This document shows, one piece after another, positions 27,656 to 41,766 of a stretch of DNA of 64,000 nt. The position numbers and the translations under genes were made by a program. The notes below the pieces were generated by a model that worked only from the letters and a program-made list of their open reading frames with translations, did no database searches and had not been told where the DNA came from. Positions within the stretch are counted from its first letter, which is position 1, and each line of letters begins with the position of its first letter. The DNA is from Octopus sinensis (lineage: Eukaryota). The stretch covers positions 18,538,001-18,602,000 of the forward strand of contig NC_043005.1 in NCBI RefSeq assembly GCF_006345805.1, in the 5' to 3' direction.

Positions 27656-27863
27656 ACAAAATTTTGTGCTGGTGCCGAAGTGATAAAGGAAGTTGGTCGT
27701 GCGGGTTTGGTGGCGAGGCAAGCCAAGATAGTTTGGAGAGTTACAAGAAGCTTTCTGAAAAATCAATAAATCAAGTAAAGAAAAGAAAGCAACGAACTTA
27801 GAGCAAATATATAGTCATGCATGTGTGTGTTTACCATTGTACTCATATATATATATATATATA

Positions 27864-28257
27864 CTAGCAGTATCGCCCGGCGTTGCTCGGGTTTGTAAGG
27901 GAAATAACTATATAAGCATTTTTAGAGATGTAAAGTATAATAGCCATCTCAATATGGCTAACCAAAAAGGGGGTTGTTACTGTAGCTTTTTACGTTCTGA
28001 GATTTAATAATAAATTTTAGAGAGTTACTTCCCTTATATATGCCAAAAATGCATTAAAAATGGGAAAAATTGATGGTAATTTTTGGTTTTAATCGTAGAC
28101 TCATCGTAGACGCGCGCTAATACCCAGAAGGGCTCGATATGAATCACGACTATAAGATACCTGGTTTTGGTTAAACTGCACCGCAAAATGTGGAAGTAGT
28201 TAGGAATCTAAATCGTAGGAGACAGACAGCACACAACCTCACTTTTATATATAAAGA
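27864..28257 (-). mobile_element. Non-autonomous Helitron, third copy
   Basis: Highly similar to the 13.4-14.2 kb units; TC...CTAG termini; A|T target. Confidence 0.85.
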
Positions 28258-28733
28258 TATATATATATGGTGTGTGTGTATGTTTATGTGTGCGTGTGTG
28301 TGTGTGTACATATATAATATATATTCTTTTATTTGCTTCAGTCACTTGACTGTGGTCATGCTGGAGCACCATCTTTTGTCGAACAAATCGACACCAGGAC
28401 TTATTCTTTGTATGCCTGGTACTTATTATAGCGGTCTGTTTTTGCCGAACCGTTAAGTAACGGGGACGTAAATACACCAGCATGGATTGTCAAGCGATGG
28501 TGGTGGTGGTGGTGGTTGTGGTGGAAACACAAATAAGAAATACATATATATACACATACATATATACGACGGGCTTCTTTCAGTTTCCGTCTACCAAATC
28601 AACTCACAAGGTTTTGGTCGGCCCGAGGCTATAGTAGAAGACACTTGCTGTGGGTCCCACGCAGTGGCACTGAACCCGGAACCATGTGGGTGGGAAGCAA
28701 GCGTCTTACCATACAGCCCCTCTCCTACGCCTT

Positions 28734-28766
<33 letters not shown>

Positions 28767-28892
28767 CATATATATACATACATATACACACACATATATA
28801 TATATAGTATATATATGATAATATATACTATATATATATAAATCCATATAATACATATATATATACATATATATATATACATATATATATAT

Positions 28893-28927
<35 letters not shown>

Positions 28928-29855
28928 CGCAGTCAACTGACTGAAACAAATAAAAAAATGTATATCTATATAAAAGTACATATGTATGAATGTATATATA
29001 TGTATATACTAGTGTATATGGGCTTCTGCTTCCGTTTAAAACACATAGCGTGACTTAGCACTTAATTACATAGCTGCCTCGAAATAACTAACAAATCTCG
29101 ACAGTGTAATTACCTTAAAAGTGATACCACAGGGTTTCCAGTTTGTCTCTCTCTATATTATTATGAGTGTATATAATGGTAACATTTCGTTTGTGTGTGT
29201 CTGTGTGTGTGTGTGTGTGTGTATGTATGTGTAAGTGCGTGTATAGAGAGATGTATGTATATATATGTTTGTCTATATGACTGCGCAGCTTCCTCTTCGC
29301 TTATGCGTGATTCCGATTTAAGCTATCTTCCAATTATGTCATTGTATGCAGCTTCAATTATGATTTTTATTACAGCTATGTGTCCTTGTACACACACACA
29401 CAACATAAACACACACACAAACAAACAAACAAGTACACACACGCACACACATATAAAGACCAAAGGGCTTAAGAAGTTCGTGGCACATGGAGCAAGTGAC
29501 TGCTTAGTATCCCCCGAGGCCCAGCAGTGCCTGTATGTGTGTGCTTGTGTGTATATTTGTTTGAATGTTTGTATAAGTATGTATGTATGTATGTATGCGT
29601 TTATACTTATATATATATATGTATATAAATATATATATATATATGCATATATATATGTACATATATATATATATATATATATATACATATTTTACACATA
29701 AATATACATATATATGTATATTATACATACATAAGATATATAGATATATATTATCATGCATATATATTTACTCATCCATATATATATATTATATATATAT
29801 ATTATTATACATACATATATCGTATAGACATACGTATATATATATAAAATATATG

Positions 29856-29886
<31 letters not shown>

Positions 29887-30920
29887 CATGTACACGTATA
29901 TATACATATATATATTATATGCAAACAGGTTGAGATAAAGATACGTATATATGTGTGTGTGTGTCGCACGCGTGTGTGTATACACATACAAATATGTTTC
30001 CATATATGCATGCATACTCCTACGCCTACGATTGATAGAGACAGACAGACAAACAGACAGGCAGACTGGCAGAACTGTAGCGAAATATATTGCTCGGAAT
30101 TTTAAATTGATCATAAAATGTCACTTCGTCTAGCTGATAATAAACGGTTCCAGCTTTCGCTTAACAAATCAGTTCCTTACTGAAACCCCGAAGGCCTGTT
30201 TTCGCGTGAGAGAGAATAGGATTCGAATTCAGAATGCAAAGAGATAAAAAAAACATTCTGTTGACGGTTTAGAAATTCGCCGAATTTACTGATCTAGATT
30301 TGTACTTTCTCACTCCTGAAAATATAAAAAGTTAAATAGGCTTAGCCAGGATTTGAATGTAAACAGAGTGAATCACAACATATATCATTCCTATTCCACA
30401 ATCTCAAAGACTACAAACCTGGCAATTCTCTGTCTGTTGTGCGTATGTGTGTGTGAGTTTGGTGTGTGTGTGTGCATATGTGGGTGAATGTATGTGTGTA
30501 GGTTTGTGATTAACCCTCCTCCATGGCTTGACAAATGACGCTGATTTAGAAAAAGAGATAGAAACTCTAGACATTCAAATAATAAATACTCAGGTCGTCT
30601 CCAAGTTGGTGCCCCAACACAGCTGCAGCCCAGTGCCTGAAAGAAGTAAGAGTAAAAACTTAGATATAACTGATATTTTGACAGAAAATTGTCTATTATC
30701 CGTACAGAATAAAAAAAAACACTCATTATAAGATCTCATATATTTTGTTGAGAGTACTTGTTAAAATCTGGCGCAGAAGTGGCTGTGTGGTAAGTAGCTT
30801 GCTTACTAACCACATGATTCCGGGTTCAGTCACACTGCGTGGCACCTTGGGCAAGTGTCTTCTACTATAGCCTCGGGCCAATCAAGGCCTCGTGAGTGGA
30901 TTTGGTAGATCTGTATATTC

Positions 30921-30968
<48 letters not shown>

Positions 30969-32463
30969 ATATATATACACAAATATATATATACATAATA
31001 TTATTTATTTATTCATTTAACACATATATACATATATGCACACACATAATATATATGTTACTCACACACATACACACACACACACACACAAATGTTCAAA
31101 CAACAGTACAAGTTAGTATCTTGGGAGGAAGTGAATATGTCAGTAGTTTCTGGTAAGGCTGTTTATTGAGAAATTCTGTAATTGTCACCAATATCCAATT
31201 ATATATAGTTAAGTCAGTGTTAACATATTCATTGTAGTTGTGACCATCACATCTAAGTAGAAATACTTGTTCATTGAGAAAGTGATAATATCTAACGTTA
31301 GTAACCTATACGGTAACTTAACTCTGTAGCTAAGTTATATTAATCTAAACCGTTCAAACCTAGGTCGTAGTTTTGTCCTCTGTTAATGTGGATTGGTGAA
31401 AAGTGACATAATTAAGCCTCAAGCTTGCTCTGTTTGATTTAATATCGGCACTCAATCTGTGGACAACTACCTGTGCAATGTTTGCTTCAAGTGTACCTTT
31501 AACACTCCCATATTCTCACAGAGGGGACGAACTGGCAATATAGTAATAACACTGGCAGTGTTTCTTCTGATTTTTTGCGCCCTGAATTGAAATCTAGCAT
31601 TTGGTAACAACTTTGCGTTTCTTCTTTTGTAGTCAAGGAAAAAAACCCCACCAATCCAGGGTGGGTTAACCGCGGGGATTTAAGCTCACCGAACAAGAAA
31701 TTTTGTGGTATCTATTTCAGGTCTTGTATCCTGGAAGCCTAGATTCAACGACAGTGGCCCCAAGCGGTGTCATCCTGTTGCAACCTTTTGCAAAATCAGT
31801 GCGGTATTGAGAGGAAGGCTTGCATACAAGAGCAGCTGCTAATCTTTCAATGAAACACTTGCCAAGGCATATTGCCCAACACTGACCACGGAGGATCTAC
31901 ACGTTGTTGCAAATATTCCGCTAAGCTCTCAAGTGGAATAATAAACTCCATTACAAGATGTGGTTCTTTCTTCTACAGACACACAAATCATGGCTTCCTC
32001 CGATCTTACACTCTCCACGAAATAGTTCATGGACATGGTTCTTTCTTTGACACAAAGATAAAAAATATATGGAAGACAATTCGGGATATATTTCGTATGA
32101 GATTTTCTCAGCAAAACAGATTTCACTCTACTTGCTGAAGCAGTGAACAAAAGAATCATTAAATAGACCTACAATATTTTACATGAGTAGTCTTGAATAA
32201 CTAGCGTATTTACAAAAATAAATCACTGAGGTTAATTACTCATTAACATCATTGATTTATTTGTCAAACTATAGAGAGTGGTGTGTGTGTGTATTTTGTA
32301 AGGGCGAAGAGAATTAATTGGTTCCTACCGCTGCTGATGTTATTGTAATAAGTGTTGTGTTGTTCTAATATAAAGATAATTAATTTTGTAGAGATAGAGA
32401 AATGGTAGTGACGTGTGAAGTGGAGATGGATGACAAAGATAGGAAGGATTGGTCAAGATATCG

Positions 32464-32960
32464 TTGATAGTTTCCACACACAACAATTTATGGCTTTGTA
32501 CCAAATTTTGAATCATTAACTAAAACCAAAACTACAAATCTTCACATTGATTCAAAACTATGAATTTATATGAAACCTGATTGTGGTTAATTAGCTTACT
32601 AGAAATGGCAGTCAAAGATCTCTGTATTCACACACTAAAGTTCTTTTTTGTAAATCGTATAATATATAAAGTAGTCTTATATACATTATATCTGAATATA
32701 GTTGATAGTTTCCACACACAACAATTTATGGCTTTGTACCAAATTTTGAATCATTAACTAAAACCAAAACTACTTTACATATACCACATTCATAACAAAT
32801 CTTCACATTGATTCAAAACTATGAATTTATATGAAACCTGATTGTGGTTATTTAGCTTACTAGAAATGGCAGTCAAATATCTCTGTAATCACACACTAAA
32901 GTTTTTTTTGTAAATCGTATAATATATAAAGTAGTCTTACGTACATTATATCTGAATATA
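32464..32960. repeat. Tandem duplication, units of about 237 and 260 bp
   Basis: gttgatagtttccacacac... restarts at 32701; the second unit has an insertion of about 23 nt. Confidence 0.85.
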
Positions 32961-33631
32961 AACGAGAATGACCAAGGCTAGAGCGCTTTCAACTATAGAT
33001 TTACAAACGCTGACTTGGTAATTAACAACCACAATAACCAACACAAATTAACAAAGGAGGAGAATAGTTGAATCAGGAGAATTTTTTAATTACTTGTTCT
33101 CAATCTATGGAGCCTGTAGCAATGTAAGATAGTGTCTAGTTTGGTGCATATGAACTCAGGACGTTGCGCGGGGAAAAAAACAGTACATGTTTTCTGTTTA
33201 ATCTATTAGAACCGGGGAAAAAGGTGTAAAGTTTGTTTCCGGCGGGGTTTGGAAATGCAGCAATTAAAATGAATGTAATAAGCGCGAGAAGTGGAAAAGA
33301 AAATATCTGACATTTCTTCACAAATTCATTTACCTCGATAATGATAGACATTTAAGTTTTGTCACAGTAAGTGCATCTATTTTAAATACTACACATTAGT
33401 ATCTAAAAACAGTAGAGCCAGGAAACAGACGGAAAGGGAACGAAAGAGATGTCTGCATGGTGAATTCCTGCAAAACCGACCAAGGACCACATGATGATGT
33501 TAAACTAGGTTTCGTGTTGGGCCTAGTATTCAAATCGCATGACGTTTACTATTACGCTTTAAACTTTATGCCTTCCACTAATAAAGATAAGACGACCAAC
33601 TTTTTGATTTTTATATTATTTTCTTTTGTAG

Positions 33632-33763
33632 GTGCCTTTTTACTCCCGTACATTATTTCACTCATCTTCTTGGGAATTCCTTACGTTTTCCTGGAAATAT
33701 CATTCGGACAGTTTGCCGGACGTGGACCGCTAAGTATCTGGAAAGCCAGTCCAGCTTTTAAAG
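33632..33763 (+). CDS. SLC6/NSS transporter internal exon (TM2 and IL1)
   Basis: ttttgtag|GT acceptor and AAAG|gtaaca donor; 132 nt, phase 1 to 1. Encodes (G)AFLLPYIISLIFLGIPYVFLEISFGQFAGRGPLSIWKASPAFK, the SLC6 GGGAFLIPY...E..LGQF...GP..VW...P.FKG motif. Confidence 0.93.
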
Positions 33764-34335
33764 GTAACAATTATGTTATTAATATATTATCAGAATCAGT
33801 AAAATGTCGGATATAAGGTATTTGGTTACGTCTCTTCATCTGCTGATTTTACAATTTGGAATCTACCTTACTTATTTACTAGATCGAAGCTGCAAGATGT
33901 AAACATATGTTACGTAAGCTCCAAGATGCAATCCACAATTGTTATGGAAATATATGGTTTATGGTGTAATGGAAAGTGTAACCAGATTGTTTAAGTTATA
34001 TACGCAACGCTAGGTTTAATTATCATAACGTGAGTAAAACCTGTCAAAATAAACAACACGTAATAGAAGACGAAAGCCACAAGGTGTAATGCGAAATGTA
34101 TTGCTATACGTAATTATAAGATATAACTGTGTGGTTAGAAACTCACTTTGCAACCATTTGGTTTCGGTGTAAGTTCAACTGTACGGTTACCTTCGACACG
34201 TGTCTTCTACTAAATCTCTGGATCGACCAATGACTTGTAAGAGAATATGATATACAGAAACAGTGTGGAAACCCGTTATATATATATATATATATATATA
34301 GATAAGAAAGTTTGTTTGGTAAAGCACGTGGGTGA

Positions 34336-34430
34336 ATATATAAGAAAATAGTAAAGTGTGAAAAAACGACAGAAGGCTTAAATGTTAAAAAATATATATA
34401 TTTGTGTCAAAATGTCTGGAGAATATTGGA

Positions 34431-34461
<31 letters not shown>

Positions 34462-34832
34462 CCTTTCCTTAAAATGACATAATTTAAAAAATTTTTTAAG
34501 AAATTACCGGTTTCGCGTGTAGCTTTTCAAATTGCATGGAATTATCGTTGTTTTTATTTCCAGGAGATTTCTTCCCCTTATTTAGAAATCTCCTGGAAAT
34601 AAAAACAACGATAATTCCATGCAATATAAACATAACGTCACAAGAAATTTGAAAAGCTACACGCGAAACCGGTAATTTCTTTAAAAATTTTTAAAATTAT
34701 GTCATTTTAAGGAAAGGAAAAAAAAAAAAAAAAAATTTTCCAATATTCTCCAGACATTTTGACACAAAATATATATTTTTTAACATTTAAGCCTTCTGTC
34801 GTTTTTTCACACTTTACTATTTTCTTATATAT
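34336..34832. repeat. Approximately 500-bp fold-back palindrome
   Basis: Arms 34336-34572 and 34584-34832 are near-perfect reverse complements; 11-nt loop; 23-nt segment present only in the right arm. Confidence 0.95.
34642..34681 (+). ncRNA. Minimal hammerhead motif with U3-A8 core
   Basis: aagaaat TTGAAAA gc tacac gc GAAAC cg GTA atttctt. Perfect 7-bp stem I; ACCGGT palindrome. Confidence 0.6.
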
Positions 34833-35116
34833 ATATATATATACACTCTTATACACACGAGTAAGTGAGATTTTACTCGAATAACGAAGGTAGTGCATTA
34901 AGAAGTAGTTCATACTTTCAAAATAAGTTTCCCTGTCAAATTCAAATACTTATTCGTCAAATTGAATTATATCAAATAATATATCACAGGTACTATTACA
35001 ATTCAAGTTTTGATCACAACTGCCCGTCATACAGAAACGTGAAACTCAGAGTAGGCGTTTTCTGTGATGTTCTCACAGCTTTAATAAAAATGTATATGTA
35101 TATATACATACATACA

Positions 35117-35217
<101 letters not shown>

Positions 35218-35484
35218 TATATAGTACAAAGTTTCATAGTGGTTATGAAATTACCCACTATGGGATATCAGTTATCCATATGATGTTCTCATTTGTATAA
35301 TTAAGAAATAATGTGAAATTATATATATATATATCTAAAACTAAAGTGGGGGTGATATTTCGACGTAGGAAAAATATAGGAAAATATGTTCATGCATACA
35401 TATATACATACACACATACATATAAAATAGTCCGACTTACAGAATATAAACGATATCAGGAGTTAAATGGGTAGAGTTTTACTA

Positions 35485-35577
35485 GTCCAACAGCTGCTTC
35501 TGGGGGCTTGGTGGTCCGGAATTATGATAGTTACTTTGATCCATTATCGGATAACACCGCCTCCGTCTTCAGGGGAG
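35485..35577 (-). ncRNA. Degenerate hammerhead motif with long stem II
   Basis: Minus strand: ccc CTGAAGA c ggaggcggtg...caccaagccccc a GAAGC agct GTT gg. A15.1G substitution. Confidence 0.5.
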
Positions 35578-36608
35578 AATTCTACATTGGTGACATTTCT
35601 TTCGCATATCCGCATTTTAAATTTCTTCTAAACTTTCAAATAAACTATTTCCCACGTTCCTCTTAGCTTCCCCTCCATATCCAACATACGACCCAGATTT
35701 CTTCCAAATCTTTAAATCTCTGACTTCCACTTTCCTCTCAGCCTCCCTACCCTCCCAACCTCAGAGAGTACTTCACAAAACCTCACTCATTCGAAAAGTA
35801 CTAACCCAATTCCTTTGTCCCACTAACAACTACACCACCTCATCGGAAAAATTCTTTCCCATAAATCCCTATATACTCTGACAGCACAACATGTAAGCGT
35901 ATTTGTAGAAAGAGGAAGGCGGCGAGCTGGCAGAAACGTTAGCACGCCGGGAGAAATGCTTAGCGGTATTTCGTCTGCCGTTACGTTCTGAGTTCAAATT
36001 CCGCCGAGGTTGACTTTGCCTTTCATCCTTTCGGGGTCGATAAATTAAGTACCAGTTCCGCACTGGGGTCGATGTAATCGACTTAATACCTATGACTGTC
36101 CTTGTTTGTCCCCTCTAAGTTTAGCCCCTTGTGGGTAATAGAGAAATAGGTATTTGTAGAAACTTTTGTTAAAAAGTATCCATTTTTCTGAATGTAACGA
36201 GGCAACAAAATCGGAGGTGTATACATGTACTTTTATTTCTACGATTTTTTCATTTCACGTTTGTTTCATTCATTGTTTGCAATGTTCTCTCCTCCCCCCA
36301 CCCTCTCTCTCTCTCTCTCTCACTCACTGCAAAGCTGATGGCCTGCTGAGTTCTAATCTCCATGTTGCTTTGAGGGGAAGGCAAAACTTGGCAAATTGCT
36401 TCCCCCGCTGTGGTTCGACTAGCGTGATGTTTGTTTAAAAGAGAGAGAGAGTATGACAGTAATAGAATAATGAAATCAATAATGAAAGCAATATATTTAC
36501 TAAGCAAGTTAGCACTACTATACAAAGAAATGATTAGACGTAAAATATCATAAAAATCATTATAATTGGGAATGAAATGTGAACATATTATCAAGCGGCT
36601 AGAGGAAA

Positions 36609-36637
36609 ACCGCCCGGAGGGCGGTCTTTCTGCTAGT
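36609..36637 (+). mobile_element. Possible Helitron 3' terminus of another family
   Basis: accgccc gga gggcggt hairpin followed 7 nt later by CTAG|T. The 5' end was not identified. Confidence 0.4.
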
Positions 36638-37294
36638 AAGATATAATTACAAGACTAAATTTACGAAACGTAATACAAGAATGTTGCTGAATGTTGTCGG
36701 ATGACGAAGATGAAGTCTTGTTTTCAAATCTGAGTTGACTATAATGACCGTTGATAATATAACACCAGCAATTCCGTTTCCATAGGATCTATATAACAGG
36801 GCCTCTCAATCGGAAAGCCATATTCACATTTCATTTAATGTTCTACTGTTGTTGCTAATTTTTATAAGGATTTCTATGATGAGGCATACGGCAATTCTTG
36901 TTGTTGCTGTTGCGGTTTCTACCTTATATTGTCCATCTTTTAAAAGTATTGGGGGCTGATGTAATTGACTAAGCCTCTACCCAAAATTTTGAGGCCTCTG
37001 CCTATAGGAGAAAGATTATTATCATCATCACCATCATCATCATCATCATTATTAGTTGCAGTATTACTAAAGCGGCGAGCTGAACGTATTGTTAGCACGT
37101 CGGCAAAATTCTTAGCGGCATTTCGTCCGTCTTTACGTTCTGAGTTCAAATTCCGCCGAGGCCGACATTAGCTTTCATCTTTTTAGAGTCGATAAAATAA
37201 GTACTCGTTGAACACTGGGGTCGATTTGATGGACTAGTCCTCTTCCACGAAATTTCAGGCCCTGTGTCTTCAGGAGAAAAACTTATTATTATTA

Positions 37295-37341
<47 letters not shown>

Positions 37342-37779
37342 TGATGAAAACTCACATCTTATTTTGCTGGGTATGGTGGAAAATGTTTTCTATCCACAGC
37401 CAGCAGACTAAGGTGACACTTGTTAACTAGTCATGCTTCAAGAATCTTGTGAAGAATTCTTGCAATGCTGATTTTTTCAAGCAATGCTGATTTTTGTAGG
37501 TGTTCTATCTTCACTCTTGCACCGATCTTTTTCAGCCATGCTGGCAGTTGAGTGCTGATACTTCCAAGTGCACCAATTATTATTGGTAGCATATCTATTC
37601 TCTTCATTCACCACAACCTTCAATTTGCCCACTTTAATTTGTCATAGTAATCACAAGTTCATATTTCCCACTTCAAATGATAATTATTATCTCTCTTTAT
37701 CACAGGTTTTGTTGCAGCTTCTAGAGACTTGCATGCGTAAGCGGGCTTGCTACCTGCAGCCTACGGTACCATGCTATCC

Positions 37780-38575
37780 GTTATTTTATGCTATCTAATA
37801 CTGCTCGGTTATTCTGGTCGTACCAAGGAAGCAAACCTTTTGTAACAGTTCTATTGTGCACTCTATTTCAATTTCTATTATATTCCCCTTGATGCCTTCT
37901 AATATTGTTCCTAAGGACCCAGCCCTTCTTCATTTTCCACGCCCGAACCTTTTCGTACTTAAGAGGGTTGTACTATCTATCTTTTCGTTTTCCTTCATGA
38001 CTATTCGTGGGTGAAAGGGTCAACATCATCTATATAGCATATGTGGTGAATCTTGCCCACCACCACTAGGCCCGGTCTGTTACGCTCTAGCACCTATACT
38101 ATTTTTGGGATTTTGATAGTCTTCGACTCCGCCATTCTTTAATGTGTGTGCCCATATTACGTCTTGCCTTTCTCTAGGCCCCACTTTACGCACAGTTTCC
38201 AATGTAGCACCTTCGCTACATGATCGTTTCGCCGCAACTTGTAATGGTTTTAGACAAGTCTATGACATATGTTCATGATATGGGCAATGGCTTCTTCCAC
38301 TCTATTGCAGATGCAGCACATCGTAGACACTTGCTCATTCCTAAGGTTGACCATCGACTTCGTGGTCAATGCTTGGTCTTGCGCTACCAGTATAGTGCTC
38401 TCGGTCTCTTTTTATTAGTGTTTCTCTCATCAGAAAATCCCACCTATTTTCCAGAAACGTTTTCTTTTGGCTACATGGAACTGATTGTGTAGTCCCTTCT
38501 TGTGCAATTCTTCTTCATGCTCTTTTTGTAATTCTTCCTTTGTTTTTTTCTTTCCTTTTTCTCTGCTTTCTACAC
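37780..38575 (-). mobile_element. R4/Dong-like RLE LINE 3' fragment
   Basis: Minus strand: LHKKGLHNQF...ETESTILVAQDQAL...CCICNRVEEAIAHIMNIC...RNDHVAKVLHWKLC...LLGTTRI, with stops. 5' junction lies in (AAT)n. Confidence 0.75.
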
Positions 38576-38649
<74 letters not shown>

Positions 38650-40408
38650 TTTGCAGAAGAATTTTAAAAATCAGTCAGCCAATATCATTTAAGATCACTG
38701 CAAATAAATTGTTGTGCATTTACCTTCTGAAATAAAATCTAACCAGCATTGTACAAACATTTCTCGCTTCCGATGATCAATAACTTAACATTTAAGTACT
38801 GGTATAGATGTAAATGACAACCAACCTTCTCCCTAAACTGTATGAATTTCCCAAGGCTATAAATTCGGTGAGGGTCACTCGAATCTTAGACGGAAGAGAA
38901 TGGGAAAGCAAATGCCTTGCGGTACTCAATTACGATTCTCCGTATACTTAGTTCACATACAAAGTCAAGTTAATTCGTATCTTTTGGGAACTGATTAGAG
39001 TTGGCACCAGCCTAGGTTCGATACAAATTATTTCTACACATTTCCTCTGTCTTTGTTTACTCTTGCCAAGGCAAGATATCATTACATTCTTATATCCCTT
39101 TATTCTTCACTGAATGTTCTTAAATGATTACAGGAATCATGGGATACGGTCATAAAAGTTTTCATCTGACCATACGAAAATCAGGACTGGTTTCAGCCTG
39201 CCACTTATTTCGGCGTTCTCTATACATCGAGTGGCTAATCCACAGAATTAAAAGCAGAATTTCGCCTTATAAACATACAAACATGTGCCTAGTTATTGCA
39301 TACATCGCTTCAGATTAATTAAATTTTATAATTAGATATTTTCCCTGTATAGAGCTAGGACTAATTTTATTGCTTCGGTGAGATAGAACTTTTTCGGTAA
39401 CATTGAAACGCTTTCCTTGTGTTCCTAAACACACGATGGTTGTCAACTCGTTGACGAATTTGACCATCACTGATAAATTATCTGACAGTACACTCGCATT
39501 GTTTTTAATATTTATATGTTAAAAGCAATGCGAGTCTACTGTCCACGTACTGAAATTTAGTTGATAACAGCTTGCACAACACCTCCCAAACTCTCACCTA
39601 CGAAAACAAATAGTCCGGAAAGAGTAACATGCCCAACTTTGTAATGCGGCGAGTGTTATTTCGGAATTTTCTTCTAGTGTGTGGTGTGTAATGACAACAT
39701 TTTCGAATGAGAGATGGATTGTTTTTGATTACTTAAAATTTATATATTTTATCGATTACATTGTTTGCATCCTTTTGTCTCGGAAGACTATGGAGTTGCG
39801 CATAAACTAATCCAGTCTGGTTTTTATATTTCATGTCCTCTCCAGTTTCCTCTCTTGTTTTGCGGAGGCCTGGGCTTAGATGTAAGAAAATCCTGGGTAG
39901 CCCAATCGTCAAGATTCCTCTCTCGACCTTGCTGATGTAGTCCAAAGAAGTGCAGAGCCTTACGTTTGGCACCGGCTTGGTTGCAGGAGCTGCCGGAAGA
40001 GTATCGCGTCGAACACTAAACCACTTACGGGGCTCCACTCCAGATTTCTTTAAAGGTTGTCTCCTTTCCGTAACTCTGGATAGGGATCCATACCAGGTAC
40101 TGTCAGCTGGAGCCAGCTGAGCTTGGAACGCATCAGCTTCGGATGCGCGACAGCATATTGTCCTGCTGGATTTTATATATCGTAGGTGAAGACCCGTTTT
40201 CCAGAAGTACGTTTAAATGATTGTTCCGAAGAAAGTTCCACATTATACTATACGGCACATATTACACACCAATACTCTCATTCCTAACTTATCTTCGATG
40301 CCTCTCCATTCATGTATGATGTGACGTTAAATTATAGCAGCAGCAACAAGAAGAATCATTGTTCTCACTCACTTTATTAATTATCTTTTTTTTTTTACTC
40401 TTTCACAG

Positions 40409-40666
40409 GTATTGGCTACTCCATGATAACCATAGGGGCCATCCTTGCCATTTACTACAATGTCATTTTGGCATATTCATTTCATTTCTTCTTTGCCTCC
40501 CTCCGGAAGAATTTGCTATGGGCTAACTGTTTAAATCCTTGGAATACTTGCAACTGTTTTTCCGAAACACAAAATGCCATGCTTAAAAGTTTCACAGACA
40601 CACTGGCTGGTCCTAATTTTACCGATTTTAGGAGTTTTCTTGATGAAAAACATTCACATTGCTACA
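40409..40666 (+). CDS. SLC6 transporter exon (TM3 and first half of EL2)
   Basis: Polypyrimidine tract with tttcacag acceptor, TACA|gtaagt donor; 258 nt, phase 1 to 1. Encodes GIGYSMITIGAILAIYYNVILAYSFHFFFASLRKNLLWANCLNPWNTCNC...HSHCY, with conserved YYN and CxxxWNTxxC. Confidence 0.93.
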
Positions 40667-41087
40667 GTAAGTTTGGTTACATTTTTCACTTGAGACAATT
40701 GTATAAATATAGATTTAACAAGAGAAGTTGACTGCATGATGATAACCTACGTGGAACTCTAATTCATACGTCCAACAGCAATACACACACACACATACAC
40801 CTGTAAACATATACGCACACACACACATATACATACATGAATACACACATACATACATACATACTTGCACGCATGTATATTTGTGCATGTGTGTGTAAGC
40901 ATGGGTTTTGGTTAATAAGTTCACTTTTTCACCTCGTGGCCTTGAGTTCAGTTTCAACACGCATTATACTGAGCAAGAAATGTTTGCTCCAGCCCAGGGT
41001 CGATCAATGCCTTGAGAGAGATTATTTTGGTTGATAGAAACAGTGGAAAATTTCGTCGCGTATGTAAATATATATATATATATATAT

Positions 41088-41766
41088 AACATTATTGGTG
41101 AATTGAAGAAATGGAGCTGAACGCAGATTGAACAGAATCGTTTTATTTCATTCTACACGTGTTTCGAAAGGCACAATTACCAAAATCCGATGAATAATGG
41201 GACCATATTGTGTCTTTCTCTTCAGGAAGAAAAAAGGAAATCCGTTGGAAAAACCGGTTTATGAATGCGTTGGTTTTACAAACCAACTCCTTAAGGAAGG
41301 CATCCTTTGGTGGTATAGGAATATCCTTAAGGGACGCATCAATCTCGAACAACTCCTCCATTATTGGCGTCGGTTAAAGTAGCAGTTTCTTGACGAAGCG
41401 GTATGTATTATGTGAATAGAAAGATGATAATCTTGTAGTAGATTAATCAAAAGTTTAACCGATACCTTAGTAGCAAAAATCACAGCAGTGAACAGCACGG
41501 TTGGAGGTACAACAACCATCTGGCGTTGCACCGTGCGTTGGTGCGGATAATTGAAATTAAAACATTATTGGTGAATTGAAGAAATGGAGCTCCATTTCTT
41601 CAATTCACCAATAATGTTTTAATTTCAATTATCCGCACCAACGCACGGTGCAACGCCAGATGGTTGTACCTCCAACCGTGCTGTTCACTGCTGTGATTTT
41701 TGCTACTAAGGTATCGGTTAAACTTTTGATTAATCTACTACAAGATTATTCATCTTTCTATTTCAC

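Noticed and set aside
31700-32160. Coding-looking stretch (ORFs 31872-32138 and 31929-32159)
   Set aside because: No motif I can assign; possibly an old transposon relic.
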